The position numbers were made by a program, and so were the translations under genes. A stretch of DNA of 64,000 nt, from contig CASIAV010000031.1 of NCBI GenBank assembly GCA_949372665.1, positions 8,699 to 72,698 of the forward strand, read 5' to 3'. Position 1 is the stretch's first letter; the number at the start of each line of letters is the position of its first letter. Source of the stretch: an uncultured Verrucomicrobiales bacterium. Its GTDB lineage: Bacteria > Verrucomicrobiota > Verrucomicrobiia > Verrucomicrobiales > Akkermansiaceae. The notes beneath the pieces were generated by a model that had not been told where the DNA came from, did not search any database, and saw only the letters and a program-made list of their open reading frames with translations. Shown piece after piece: positions 28,735 to 38,400 of the stretch.

Positions 28735-30837
28735 CTAAAACGAGGGCGGCGGTCCCACTGACTTGCCATCATCCTTTTTCAACGGATATTTCGGCTTCCA
28801 GGTTGAATGTTTCTGGCTGAGCCAGGCATGGATCTTTTGGGAAAGCGAGGCGGCGATGGAGGTGTGGGTCTTAATGAGATTGGTTTTCTCACCGATGTCG
28901 TGACTCAAATTGTAGAGTTCCCAATCGTCGGCTTCGTAGAAATAGAGAAGCTTGTAGCGTTGTCCCTCGATCTCGTCGATGGCAGCGACAGTTGGCTGGG
29001 CGCGCGAATCCATGTAGCCGGGGAAAAGGTAGAAGATCGGATCACGCATGCGGTCAGTATTCGGATTGAGCAGGACATCGACGAAGGATTCTCCATCGAG
29101 AGGATGTTCGGCTTCCGGGGGCATCCAACGATCGCCAGCGAATTGAAGGTAGGTTGGGTAGTAGTCGACCGTATGGACCATATGATCGGTGACTGTGTTG
29201 GCGGGGATGACACCCGGCCAGTAGGCGATCAAGGGAACGCGGATACCGCCTTCGGTGAACATTCCTTTCTTTCCGCGCAGAGGGAGGTTGTCCTTGTGGG
29301 TGCCGCCATTGTCGGAGGTGAAGAGGATCAGGGTGTTTTCGGCGCAGCCGGTGTCATTCAAAACCTTCAGCAGACGACCGATCGTTAGATCAATGCTGGC
29401 AACGAAGCCGGCAAGTTCATCGCCGGTGCTTGCTTTTAGGTCCGGCCGTGAACGCACGGGACCGTGCACTGCATAAGGATGGAGTTGAAGATAGAAGGGC
29501 TTCTCGTCGTCGGCGAACTTGCCGATGGTCTCTTCCATGGCATCGGACAATGCGTCGCTAACATGCTTCGGCGTGCCAAGCAGAGACAGCGGAAAGTTGT
29601 GCTGTTTCAGATACGACTCGGTGTAGGGTTCGGCGAAGCGGTCGAAGTGGCCGCGCCCGAGTTTCCTGAATACCCAATTGTCGCCATCCTTGCTGGCAAA
29701 GCAGACCGGCTGATGTCCCTGCGTAAAGCCACCGATGTTAATATCGAAACCGGCGTTTTCAGGAAGGGTCTCCCCACCTCCATGTCCGCCGACGTGGTAT
29801 TTGCCGATATGCGCGGTTGCATAACCGTTTTTGCGCATCGCTTCAGCAACGGTGATTGCTTCGGCAGCCACATCTTCCGTCTGTTCCGGAGCGGTGAATT
29901 TTGCCTTCTCCTTCGAAATTCCTCCACGACCGTATCGGTTGAGGCTCCCGACACAGTAGACATCATTGTGGATGCGCGCAGGGTATTGTCCCGATAGCAT
30001 GGCCGCGCGGGTCGGCGCGCAGTTGGGCTGGGCATAGGCATTAGTGAAACTGAGTCCTCCGGCGGCGAGCTTCACCAGGTTTGGTGTGCGGTAAAGCTTT
30101 GGATTCGTCCCCATCGTGCTCTGCTCAACACCGATCTGGTTCCAGCCGAGATCGTCTACCATCACGGTGACGATGTTCGGCTGACGCCTGATCTTGTTGA
30201 AGGCTACCGGAATGAAGGGCGGATTCGTATGACGAAGCAATTTGACCGATACCCCGGCTGGGCCGGACGCTTCTTGAAAAGCAGATTTGCTCGCGGCTTC
30301 AATACCCAGAAAGCTGAAGGCGAAATCTCTGTCCTTTCCGCCCGCACTGGCCCAACGGCCTTTGGAACTCTTGTTGTTGCGGATCGCTCGACCACCGGCG
30401 TATCCGCGGCCTAGGATGAAGTGCAGATCGGATTCCTCGGCGGAAAGCACTAGGGCATAGTTGCCTGTCTTTAGTTGTGGCGGTGATTCAAATTCAAGCT
30501 TTAGGGTGGCCTCGGCGGCGCCCTTGGGCAACCTTCCAGATTCTGAATGCAGCATATCACCGACCGGATAGTCATTCTCGGTGCGATAGATACTGACCGT
30601 CAGATCGGCGGCGTTCACAACCCCGGCGGTCAGCACGAAAAGGCCCTCGAGTTTTCCGGTTTTCTTTACCGTGAATGTCTGCCCCTTCGAGTTACCGGCT
30701 GCAACAATTGTCGATCCGACCTTGCCGTGGGGCGGTGAGAGTTTTTCCGATCGATCGGCAACGGTCAATTTTAGCGCTGCGCTAACAGGTAGGGCAATCA
30801 ACAAGGTTGCGGTAACGGCTGCGAAAGTCTTTTTCAT
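28735..30837 (-). CDS. S1-family sulfatase (formylglycine type) with an extra N-terminal beta-rich module of about 160 aa
   Basis: Signal peptide. PNIVTVMVDDLGWNQ. CxPxR motif NCAPTRAAMLSGQYP (Cys codon at 30019-30021). GKYHVGG. LILFTSDNGG. The N-terminal 21-180 aa have no sulfatase motifs. Confidence 0.9.
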   Translation of the reverse strand: MKKTFAAVTATLLIALPVSAALKLTVADRSEKLSPPHGKVGSTIVAAGNSKGQTFTVKKTGKLEGLFVLTAGVVNAADLTVSIYRTENDYPVGDMLHSESGRLPKGAAEATLKLEFESPPQLKTGNYALVLSAEESDLHFILGRGYAGGRAIRNNKSSKGRWASAGGKDRDFAFSFLGIEAASKSAFQEASGPAGVSVKLLRHTNPPFIPVAFNKIRRQPNIVTVMVDDLGWNQIGVEQSTMGTNPKLYRTPNLVKLAAGGLSFTNAYAQPNCAPTRAAMLSGQYPARIHNDVYCVGSLNRYGRGGISKEKAKFTAPEQTEDVAAEAITVAEAMRKNGYATAHIGKYHVGGHGGGETLPENAGFDINIGGFTQGHQPVCFASKDGDNWVFRKLGRGHFDRFAEPYTESYLKQHNFPLSLLGTPKHVSDALSDAMEETIGKFADDEKPFYLQLHPYAVHGPVRSRPDLKASTGDELAGFVASIDLTIGRLLKVLNDTGCAENTLILFTSDNGGTHKDNLPLRGKKGMFTEGGIRVPLIAYWPGVIPANTVTDHMVHTVDYYPTYLQFAGDRWMPPEAEHPLDGESFVDVLLNPNTDRMRDPIFYLFPGYMDSRAQPTVAAIDEIEGQRYKLLYFYEADDWELYNLSHDIGEKTNLIKTHTSIAASLSQKIHAWLSQKHSTWKPKYPLKKDDGKSVGPPPSF

Positions 30838-31124
30838 AAGGGACTGATTGCTAAATGAGATGGGTTGTCAAGGGTGGGTGAAAGCCTTTAAGCTGACGAT
30901 TATTATCAATGACGAAGAAATAAAATCCTACGACACAATCAAGCTCGGAATCGACGCCCGAAGGGCTTGGTATTATTTGACCGGGCAATTCGACGCGGCG
31001 CCTAATTTTTGAGTCACTCACAGTTAAAATTCTGCCTCCCAAACGACAACAGTCGTCAAATCTGGAATTTCTTGTTTTGTGAATCGCATCCACAGATACT
31101 ATTATCCAGTCCGTTCCGAGGAAT

Positions 31125-33941
31125 ATGCGTTCTCATTCAGCTACTTGTTATCTTGCTTTCGTCGTGGGATTACTTCTTTCCGCTCCGGGAGCATGGGCCA
31201 AACTGGAATTCAATCGGGATGTTCGGCCGATTCTTTCCGACAAATGTTTCGCGTGTCATGGGTTTGATGCGAAGACGAGGGAGGCCGGGTTGCGTTTGGA
31301 TACGGAGGAAGGAGCCTATTCTTTGAAGGATGGCATTCAGGCGATCAAGCCGGGCGCTTTGCAAGAAAGCGAAGTCTGGCATCGCATCACACATGACGAT
31401 GAAGACGAATTAATGCCTCCGCCGGAGAGTAATAAGAGTCTCACGGAAGGGGAAAAAGAAGTGCTCAAACGTTGGATTGAGGAGGACGGGAAATACCAGC
31501 CGCACTGGGCTTTTGTGCCGCCGAAAAAGAGGGCGCCTCCGGTGGTGTCGGGAGCGCGCAATCCCATCGATCAATTCATCGGAGCACGGCTCGAAGAAGA
31601 GGAACTGTCGTTCTCGCCCGAGGCTGATCGTAGGACCTTGATTCGCCGGGTCACTTTGGATCTCACTGGCTTGCCGCCGACTCCGCAGCAATTGGATCAG
31701 TTTCTCAATGACGCGGCACCTGGAGCTTACGAACGATTAGTGGATCGCTTGATGGCGACTCGCGATTATGCCGAACGCCGGGCGCAGGATTGGCTCGATC
31801 TGGCTCGTTATGCCGACACGCGGGGCTTTGCGGATGACAAGATGCGTCAGATCTGGCCCTACCGAGATTGGGTGGTTCGCGCGCTTCATCGTAACATACC
31901 ATTCGATCAATTTACGATCGAGCAACTTGCGGGGGATATGCTGCCCAACGCGACTGACGAGCAACGAATTGCGACGGGCTTTCACCGCAACGCGCCCCAG
32001 GCTCGTGGGAACACCTACCCGGTCGAAGAGTATCGTCTCAAAGGAGTGACCGACCGCGTCAACACGACGGGAAAAGTTTGGTTAGGTTTGACCATGGAAT
32101 GTGCAGAGTGCCACGACCATAAATTCGATCCGATTAGTCAGCGTGATTACTTTTCGCTGTTCGCAATTTTCAACAACACCGAGCACCGTGGCAAGGGGCA
32201 TGGACAGGGAGGCCCGACAATGACCTACCGCCCTCCAGTGGCTGATCCTGATCCGGACCTCCTGGCCGAGCGGGCCCGTCTCAAGGCTGAATTGATTTCA
32301 GCTCGCAAGAAGCTTCCTCCCGCAAAGGCTCTTGGCGGGGAGGGCTTGTTGGGAAAATGGGACGCGCCTCATCTCGAGTCCGACGCCGGGAAATTTTGTA
32401 TCACCGGGGACCTCACCATCACCGCCAAAATCCGTACTAAGCAAGCGGTCGCGAATCTTGTCTCCAAATATGATTGGCCCGGTAAGCAACGCAGTTATGT
32501 TTTTGGGATCGGCGGTGAGGGCGATGAAGAAGGAAGGCCTGGACACCTCTTTTTCTGGGCATCTGCTCGGACTGATCCTTACCAAGGTGTCGCCATCCAT
32601 GGTAGTCGCGCGGTCAATGATGATCATGATCACGATGTCGCCCTTGTCTTCAAAGCCGGGGAATCAGTGCGCCTCTTCGTCGATGGAATTGAGGATGTCG
32701 AGGCTCGCGTGCTCGGTGCGCCGCCTCGATCGATTGCCGTTTCAAATCGCCCTCTCGCGATCGGGGCTGGGTATAAAAACTCATCCAAGCCCAATGCGCA
32801 TCGCTTCGGAGGTTCGCTTAGTGAGGTTCGGCTCTACGACCGCGCACTCGAGCTGATTCCAGAGAGCGAGGAAACTCGAAAGCTCCGGTCGGCTTTACAT
32901 AAAATCGACGATAAGCAATCTGCAGGTTCGAAAGAAATTCCGGCTGTTCCCGTGATGAAAGAGCGCACGTCGCCCCGGCAAACATTCATTCACCAACGTG
33001 GAAGTTTCCTCAGCCCGGGAGATAAAGTGTCACCTGCCGCGCCCAAAGTCCTGGTGCCCGAAGGTGAGAGGCAACCTGGTGATCGACTCGAATTCGCGCG
33101 TTGGCTCGTCGATGGAAAGAATCCACTGGTGGCGCGGGTTGTTGTGAATCGCTTTTGGCAGAGCTATTTTGGCCAAGGTCTGGTGAGCACTTCGGACGAC
33201 TTTGGGTCGCAAGGGGCACCGGCCACTCATCCCGAATTGCTTGATTGGTTAGCGACTGAATTTGTGGATAGCGGTTGGGACATGAAATACCTCAACCGCC
33301 TGATTGTGACCTCGGCGGTGTATCGGCAAGGGGCGAAAATGAGTTCGCAGCTCAGGGAAAGAGATCCAAAAAATCGACTCCTCTCCCGCATGCCCCGGGT
33401 TCGCCTGCCGGCGGAGCAGATCCGGGATCAGGCGCTTGCGATCGGTAGCTTACTGAAGCCGTTCGCCGTTGGCCCGAGTGTTTTTCCACCCCAGCCAGAC
33501 AGTTATTGGGAAGATCGGGGCCTGCCCGGTAAGTGGGTCGCAAGTAAGGGCGATAATCGTTATCGCAAGAGCCTCTACACCTATTGGAGACGAATGGCTC
33601 TGCATCCTACGATGGAACTCCTTGATGCCCCGGCTCGTGCGGTCTGCGTATCCAGACGCAACTCGGCAAACTTACCGACCCAGGCGCTCGTGACTTTGAA
33701 TGCGCCGGTCTTTGTCGAGTCCGCAGAGGGTCTTGCAAAACGACTTCTCGGGGAGGCCCTCGATTCCAAGGGGCGCCTCGATCTCGCGTTTCGACTTTGC
33801 CTTGGCCGGCTTCCTAGTGCTGACGAGCGGGAGAAGTTCCTGAGTTTTTTAGAGAGTCATTCCGCGCCATCTGATCTCGCGAAGTGGCAGAGTTTATCTA
33901 CCGTCCTTTTGAATCTCGACGAGACTATTACACGTCCATGA
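31125..33941 (+). CDS. PSCyt1-DUF1549-DUF1553 large secreted two-CxxCH protein with a central LamG (Laminin_G_3-like) insert
   Basis: Signal peptide. EFNRDVRPILSDKCFACHGFD. ECAECHDHKFDPIS. The insert ends in FGGSLSEVRLYDRAL. DUF1553-type C-terminal half. Confidence 0.9.
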   Translation: MRSHSATCYLAFVVGLLLSAPGAWAKLEFNRDVRPILSDKCFACHGFDAKTREAGLRLDTEEGAYSLKDGIQAIKPGALQESEVWHRITHDDEDELMPPPESNKSLTEGEKEVLKRWIEEDGKYQPHWAFVPPKKRAPPVVSGARNPIDQFIGARLEEEELSFSPEADRRTLIRRVTLDLTGLPPTPQQLDQFLNDAAPGAYERLVDRLMATRDYAERRAQDWLDLARYADTRGFADDKMRQIWPYRDWVVRALHRNIPFDQFTIEQLAGDMLPNATDEQRIATGFHRNAPQARGNTYPVEEYRLKGVTDRVNTTGKVWLGLTMECAECHDHKFDPISQRDYFSLFAIFNNTEHRGKGHGQGGPTMTYRPPVADPDPDLLAERARLKAELISARKKLPPAKALGGEGLLGKWDAPHLESDAGKFCITGDLTITAKIRTKQAVANLVSKYDWPGKQRSYVFGIGGEGDEEGRPGHLFFWASARTDPYQGVAIHGSRAVNDDHDHDVALVFKAGESVRLFVDGIEDVEARVLGAPPRSIAVSNRPLAIGAGYKNSSKPNAHRFGGSLSEVRLYDRALELIPESEETRKLRSALHKIDDKQSAGSKEIPAVPVMKERTSPRQTFIHQRGSFLSPGDKVSPAAPKVLVPEGERQPGDRLEFARWLVDGKNPLVARVVVNRFWQSYFGQGLVSTSDDFGSQGAPATHPELLDWLATEFVDSGWDMKYLNRLIVTSAVYRQGAKMSSQLRERDPKNRLLSRMPRVRLPAEQIRDQALAIGSLLKPFAVGPSVFPPQPDSYWEDRGLPGKWVASKGDNRYRKSLYTYWRRMALHPTMELLDAPARAVCVSRRNSANLPTQALVTLNAPVFVESAEGLAKRLLGEALDSKGRLDLAFRLCLGRLPSADEREKFLSFLESHSAPSDLAKWQSLSTVLLNLDETITRP

Positions 33942-35350
33942 ACCATCCATGCTCCTCAGCAGATCTTACCCGCCGCACTTTTCTGGGGCGGTCGGCGGGT
34001 GGGATTGGTTCGGTAGCGCTTGCGTCCTTGCTGAATGACAAGCTTCATGCAGGGCAGGGGAGCTTGCCAAATTTCCATCATGCTCCAAAAGCAAAGCGTG
34101 TCATTTTTCTCTTCATGGCGGGTGGGCCTTCGCACATCGATCTTTTTGATCCCAAGCCGAAGCTCAACGAACTCGATGGCAAAGCGATTCCAAAGGAGTT
34201 GCTGAAGGACCATCAGCAGTTTGCGCTGATTCGCGGAACACCGAACCTAAAGGGTTCGCCCTATTCATTCCGTCCCCGCGGGGAATCAGGCACGATCATC
34301 TCAGAACTGATGCCTCATCTTGCAACGATCGCCGATGAATTGACGGTGATTCGTTCGATGCACACTGACACTAATGTGCACGATCCGGGGGTGAATTTCA
34401 TGAACTGCGGAACCTTGTTGGGTGATCGGCCGACTCTTGGATCCTGGATGTCTTATGGGCTTGGTTCGGTTAATGATGATCTTCCTGCTTATACGGTGCT
34501 GACTTCCGGAGTGAGCGATGGCCAACCGCTTTTGCAGAGTTTTTGGGGGAATGGATTTCTCGAATCTCGGCACGCCGGTGTGCCTTTCCGGAATAGTGGT
34601 GCTCCAGTGCTCCATCTTGATAATCCAAAGGGCGTCTCGACCAAGGGGAGGCGAAATGAACTTGATCTGCTGCAGTGGATGAATCGCCGCCAACACCAAA
34701 CTCTGGGTGATCCCGAGATCGCGAATCGCATTGCTTCGTATGAATTGGCCTTCCGCATGCAGGCCAGCGTGCCGCAACTTGCCGATCTGAGGAAGGAGTC
34801 AGAGAAAACCCTTGAGCAATATGGCGCTGATCGCGTGAAGCCATCTTTCGCTCGGAACTGCCTGATGGCGCGTCGCCTTGTCGAGCGTGGTGTTCGCTTT
34901 GTGCAACTCTACGACCGTGGTTGGGATTCGCATACCGATATGGATCGCGAACACCGACGTCAATGTGGCGCGGCCGACCAACCGATTGCCGCACTCATTG
35001 CTGATCTTAAGCAACGTGGTTTACTCGATGATACTCTCGTCATCTGGGGCGGTGAATTCGGCCGGACACCGGTGGCGCAAGTGATGGGTAAAACCTGGGG
35101 GCGTGATCATCACCCGCACGGCTTTACGATGTGGATGGCCGGCGGTGGAATGAAACCTGGCCTCACCTACGGTGCGACCGATGACTTTGGCTATCACGCC
35201 ACCGAGAACAAAGTTCACGTCCACGACCTCCATGCTACTATTCTTCACCAGCTGGGAATCGACCATAAACGCCTCACCTTCCGCAGTCAGGGCCGCGACT
35301 TCCGCCTTACCGATGTGCATGGCCACGTGATCAAGGATCTACTGGGCTAA
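33938..35350 (+). CDS. DUF1501 domain protein, Tat-signal
   Basis: Start at ATG 33938 (ATGA overlap with the upstream stop) rather than the track start 33884. [41 protein letters not shown]...GRDHHPHGFTMWMAGGG. Confidence 0.9.
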   Translation: MNHPCSSADLTRRTFLGRSAGGIGSVALASLLNDKLHAGQGSLPNFHHAPKAKRVIFLFMAGGPSHIDLFDPKPKLNELDGKAIPKELLKDHQQFALIRGTPNLKGSPYSFRPRGESGTIISELMPHLATIADELTVIRSMHTDTNVHDPGVNFMNCGTLLGDRPTLGSWMSYGLGSVNDDLPAYTVLTSGVSDGQPLLQSFWGNGFLESRHAGVPFRNSGAPVLHLDNPKGVSTKGRRNELDLLQWMNRRQHQTLGDPEIANRIASYELAFRMQASVPQLADLRKESEKTLEQYGADRVKPSFARNCLMARRLVERGVRFVQLYDRGWDSHTDMDREHRRQCGAADQPIAALIADLKQRGLLDDTLVIWGGEFGRTPVAQVMGKTWGRDHHPHGFTMWMAGGGMKPGLTYGATDDFGYHATENKVHVHDLHATILHQLGIDHKRLTFRSQGRDFRLTDVHGHVIKDLLG

Positions 35351-35491
35351 GCTTCAGGAAATTGTGGGGTTTCCAAGCTAGACGCCTTAGCCTACTCGGG
35401 ATAAAATCCACCCTGCTCGGTTGAAGGCGGGCACACACACATCTATATTTCTTACTCATATCGTCGATATTACGGCGATGCGCACTCAGCT

Positions 35492-38400
35492 ATGAATCCG
35501 AATACATTTCTACTCACTACCGTCCTGACCCTTGCGGGCGGCTCTATTTTTCTCAATGCGACACCGGTTATTTCCGAATTTATGGCCGCTAACGATACGG
35601 TCTTGGCCGATGAAGACGGCGATTTTTCGGACTGGATCGAAATTCACAATCCAGATGGAAGCGAGGTCGATCTCGACGGCTACTTCGTCACTGATAAGGC
35701 GAGCAACCTCGATAAGTGGCGAATTCCCGCAGTCACTATCCCGGCTGGAGGTTATCTTGTCATCTTTGCTTCTGATAAGGATCGTTCAAATCCAGAGGCA
35801 GAGTTGCACGCTAGTTTTAAACTCCCTTTGAAAAGTGGTTACCTTGCCTTGGTTGCACCAGATGCCGTCACCGTCCTAACCGATTTTGGCTCGACTTACC
35901 CTTTGCAATTTGAGGACCAGTCTTATGGAAAAGATAGTTTTGGATCTGTGACACAGCAGCAGTTGATCAGTGGCACCTTGCCGGCCAAGTATTTCGTGCC
36001 ATCAGATGGCTCACTAGGTGATACCTGGCAGGCTCTTCCGGACTCCTTCAATGATTCAGCTTGGACTTCAACTACGACAGGAGTTGGATTCGACTCGGGG
36101 GTTCTCCTCGACTTGGTGGGCGACACGAACCTTGGCAATTCAACCCTCAAGCCGGCGATGCAGTCAATCAACGCGAGTTGTTACATCCGTATTCCATTCA
36201 CTTACGACCCAAACAATAACCAGATACAATCTCTCTCTCTCAGCGTGAATTGTGACGATGGATTTGTTGCCTACATCAATGGAGTGGAATCAGGGAGCTA
36301 CAATAAGCCAGGCAATCTGGCTTGGAATTCCAATGCTACGGGATCGCGATCCGACTCTGTCGCGGCAGCTGACCCAATTGTGGTTGATGCCACGGCGGGC
36401 GCAACGCAAGTGGTGGAAGGAGTAAACATCCTTGCGATACACGGCCTAAACCGGTCGGCAAATAGCTCTGATTTTCTTATTTATCCCGAGCTTACGGCCG
36501 CTGTTGTTGATACTTCTGGAGCGCAACGTGAAGGTTTTTTTAATTCGCCAACTCCGGGGCTCCCCAATTCCAGTGGCCAGGCCGCTGGTCCTCTCTTTGT
36601 TAATATTACGGATAAGCCCGAGAGACCCACCGCTGGCCAAGACCTCATTGTCACGGCCAAGATGGAAGCCGTCTCATCTCCTGTTGCTTCGGTCACGATG
36701 TTTTATCGTGTTATGTTTGGTGGGGAAAAGACCCTTCTCATGAATGATGAGGGCACTGGCTCTGACGCTCTAGCCAATGATGGCATCTTTACCGCTTCCA
36801 TCCCTGGTGGCGACTTCGACTCGGGAGAGATGATCCGTTGGAGATTTGAGGCAAGTGACGAGTTGGGGCTAGAAACAAAAATACCCGCCTTCAAGGATCC
36901 TGTCGACTCCCACCAATATGTCGGAACGGTTGCGGTGGATCCCTCTATTGAAACTAAGCTGAGCGTCGTAGAATGGTTTGTCCAAAATCCAGCACGAGCC
37001 ACTGGAACGGGTGGAACGCGTGGTGCGATTTTTTACTTAGGCGAGCTTTATGATAATGTCTTTTTCAATCGTCATGGTCAGTCGACTGGAGGATTCCCCA
37101 AGAAGAGTTACAATATTGATTTTAACAAGAGCCAGCGCTTCAGGTGGAGCGAAGATGCTCCTCGAACGAAGGATATTGACCTCATTACCAACTGGGCCGA
37201 CAAGTCAAAGGTTCGCCATGTTATGGGCTATGAAATCATGCGTAATGCCGGCGTGCATGCGCACTTCGCATACACGGTCCGTGTGCAGCAGAATGCCGAA
37301 TTTTTTAGTACGGCAGACTTTGTTGAAGACGCCGACAACATTTATTTAAAGCGTGCGGGGCTCAATGAGGATGGTGCGTTGTATAAGGCTTACAACAACA
37401 CTCTTACAGGAAGTGCCAATTCTGGGTTCGAAAAGAAGAACCGGCGCGACGAGAATAATTCCGACCTACAGGATTTGATCAATGGCCTCGCTCAGAGTGG
37501 CGCCTCGCTGGACAATTTCACCTTCGACAACGTCAACATACCGATGTGCGTCAACATGATGGCTGCCGCGGCCGTTATCCGGAATATCGACATGCACCGG
37601 AAGAATTGGTACATCTACCGTGATACCGGGAAGACCGACGAGTGGGCACTCCTCCCCTGGGACCTCGACCTCTCTCAAGGGCGCTATTGGAGATCGCAAT
37701 TCAACTACTTCAGTAACCTTATGGAGACCAATGGCTATATCGAGACAGGCGGTTCCGTGCGCCTTCTTTCTCAGCTCTATAGCCGTCGATCGACGAGAGC
37801 CATGTTCTACCGTCGGGTTCGAAGCTTACATGATCTCTATTTACAGTCAGCTGATACGCCCATGGAAGAGCGCTATTACGAACGCAGACTCAATGAGCTC
37901 TCAGCTTTAATCGATCCCGAAGATATCGCGCCTTCAGATGCCCAGCTCGATTTTGAAAAATGGGGTTCTTGGCTACACAACGCGGACGGGGGTTCTGCTC
38001 CCGCCGTTCCATACACGACTAATAATCCTGATGTCGAAACTATGGCTGAAGGGGTCCAGCGTTTGCGCGACGAATTTTTGGCGCCGCGAAGGGCATTTAT
38101 TTACGCCCAAAATTCCATCCCTGATGCGCAGACGGGTCAGCTGAGTCTTGCATACACTCCTCTGTTATCAGCGGGAGCACCTCTGACTCACCTCGTTCCA
38201 AACGACGACTCCGTCGATAACTCCTGGATGGAATTTGATTTTAACGACGCCAACTGGCTTGCGGGAACTACTGGCGTAGGATTTGATTCTAGCACAAAAT
38301 ATGATCCGCTCATTGGCACCGATACTGAAGCAACGATGCGGGGCACTCATTCCTCGGTCTACATGCGTTCTGAATTCGAGGTTGCTGACCCCTCTATCTA

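Noticed and set aside
30851-31093. 80-aa ORF (and the overlapping + strand ORFs) in the sulfatase/31125 divergent intergenic region.
   Set aside because: It has no motifs, and its composition is odd. It occupies what must be the promoter region for two divergent genes. I treat it as non-coding.
34301-34994. Long antisense or out-of-frame ORFs inside large genes. Examples: 34301-34777, 34470-34994, 25081-25572, 38879-39766, 52030-52599, 41989-42474, 10289-10762 and 11989-12585.
   Set aside because: They lie wholly within ORFs that have strong family motifs. Their products are low-complexity, Arg/Ser/Pro-rich and lack recognisable motifs. They are shadow ORFs, as expected in GC-rich coding DNA.
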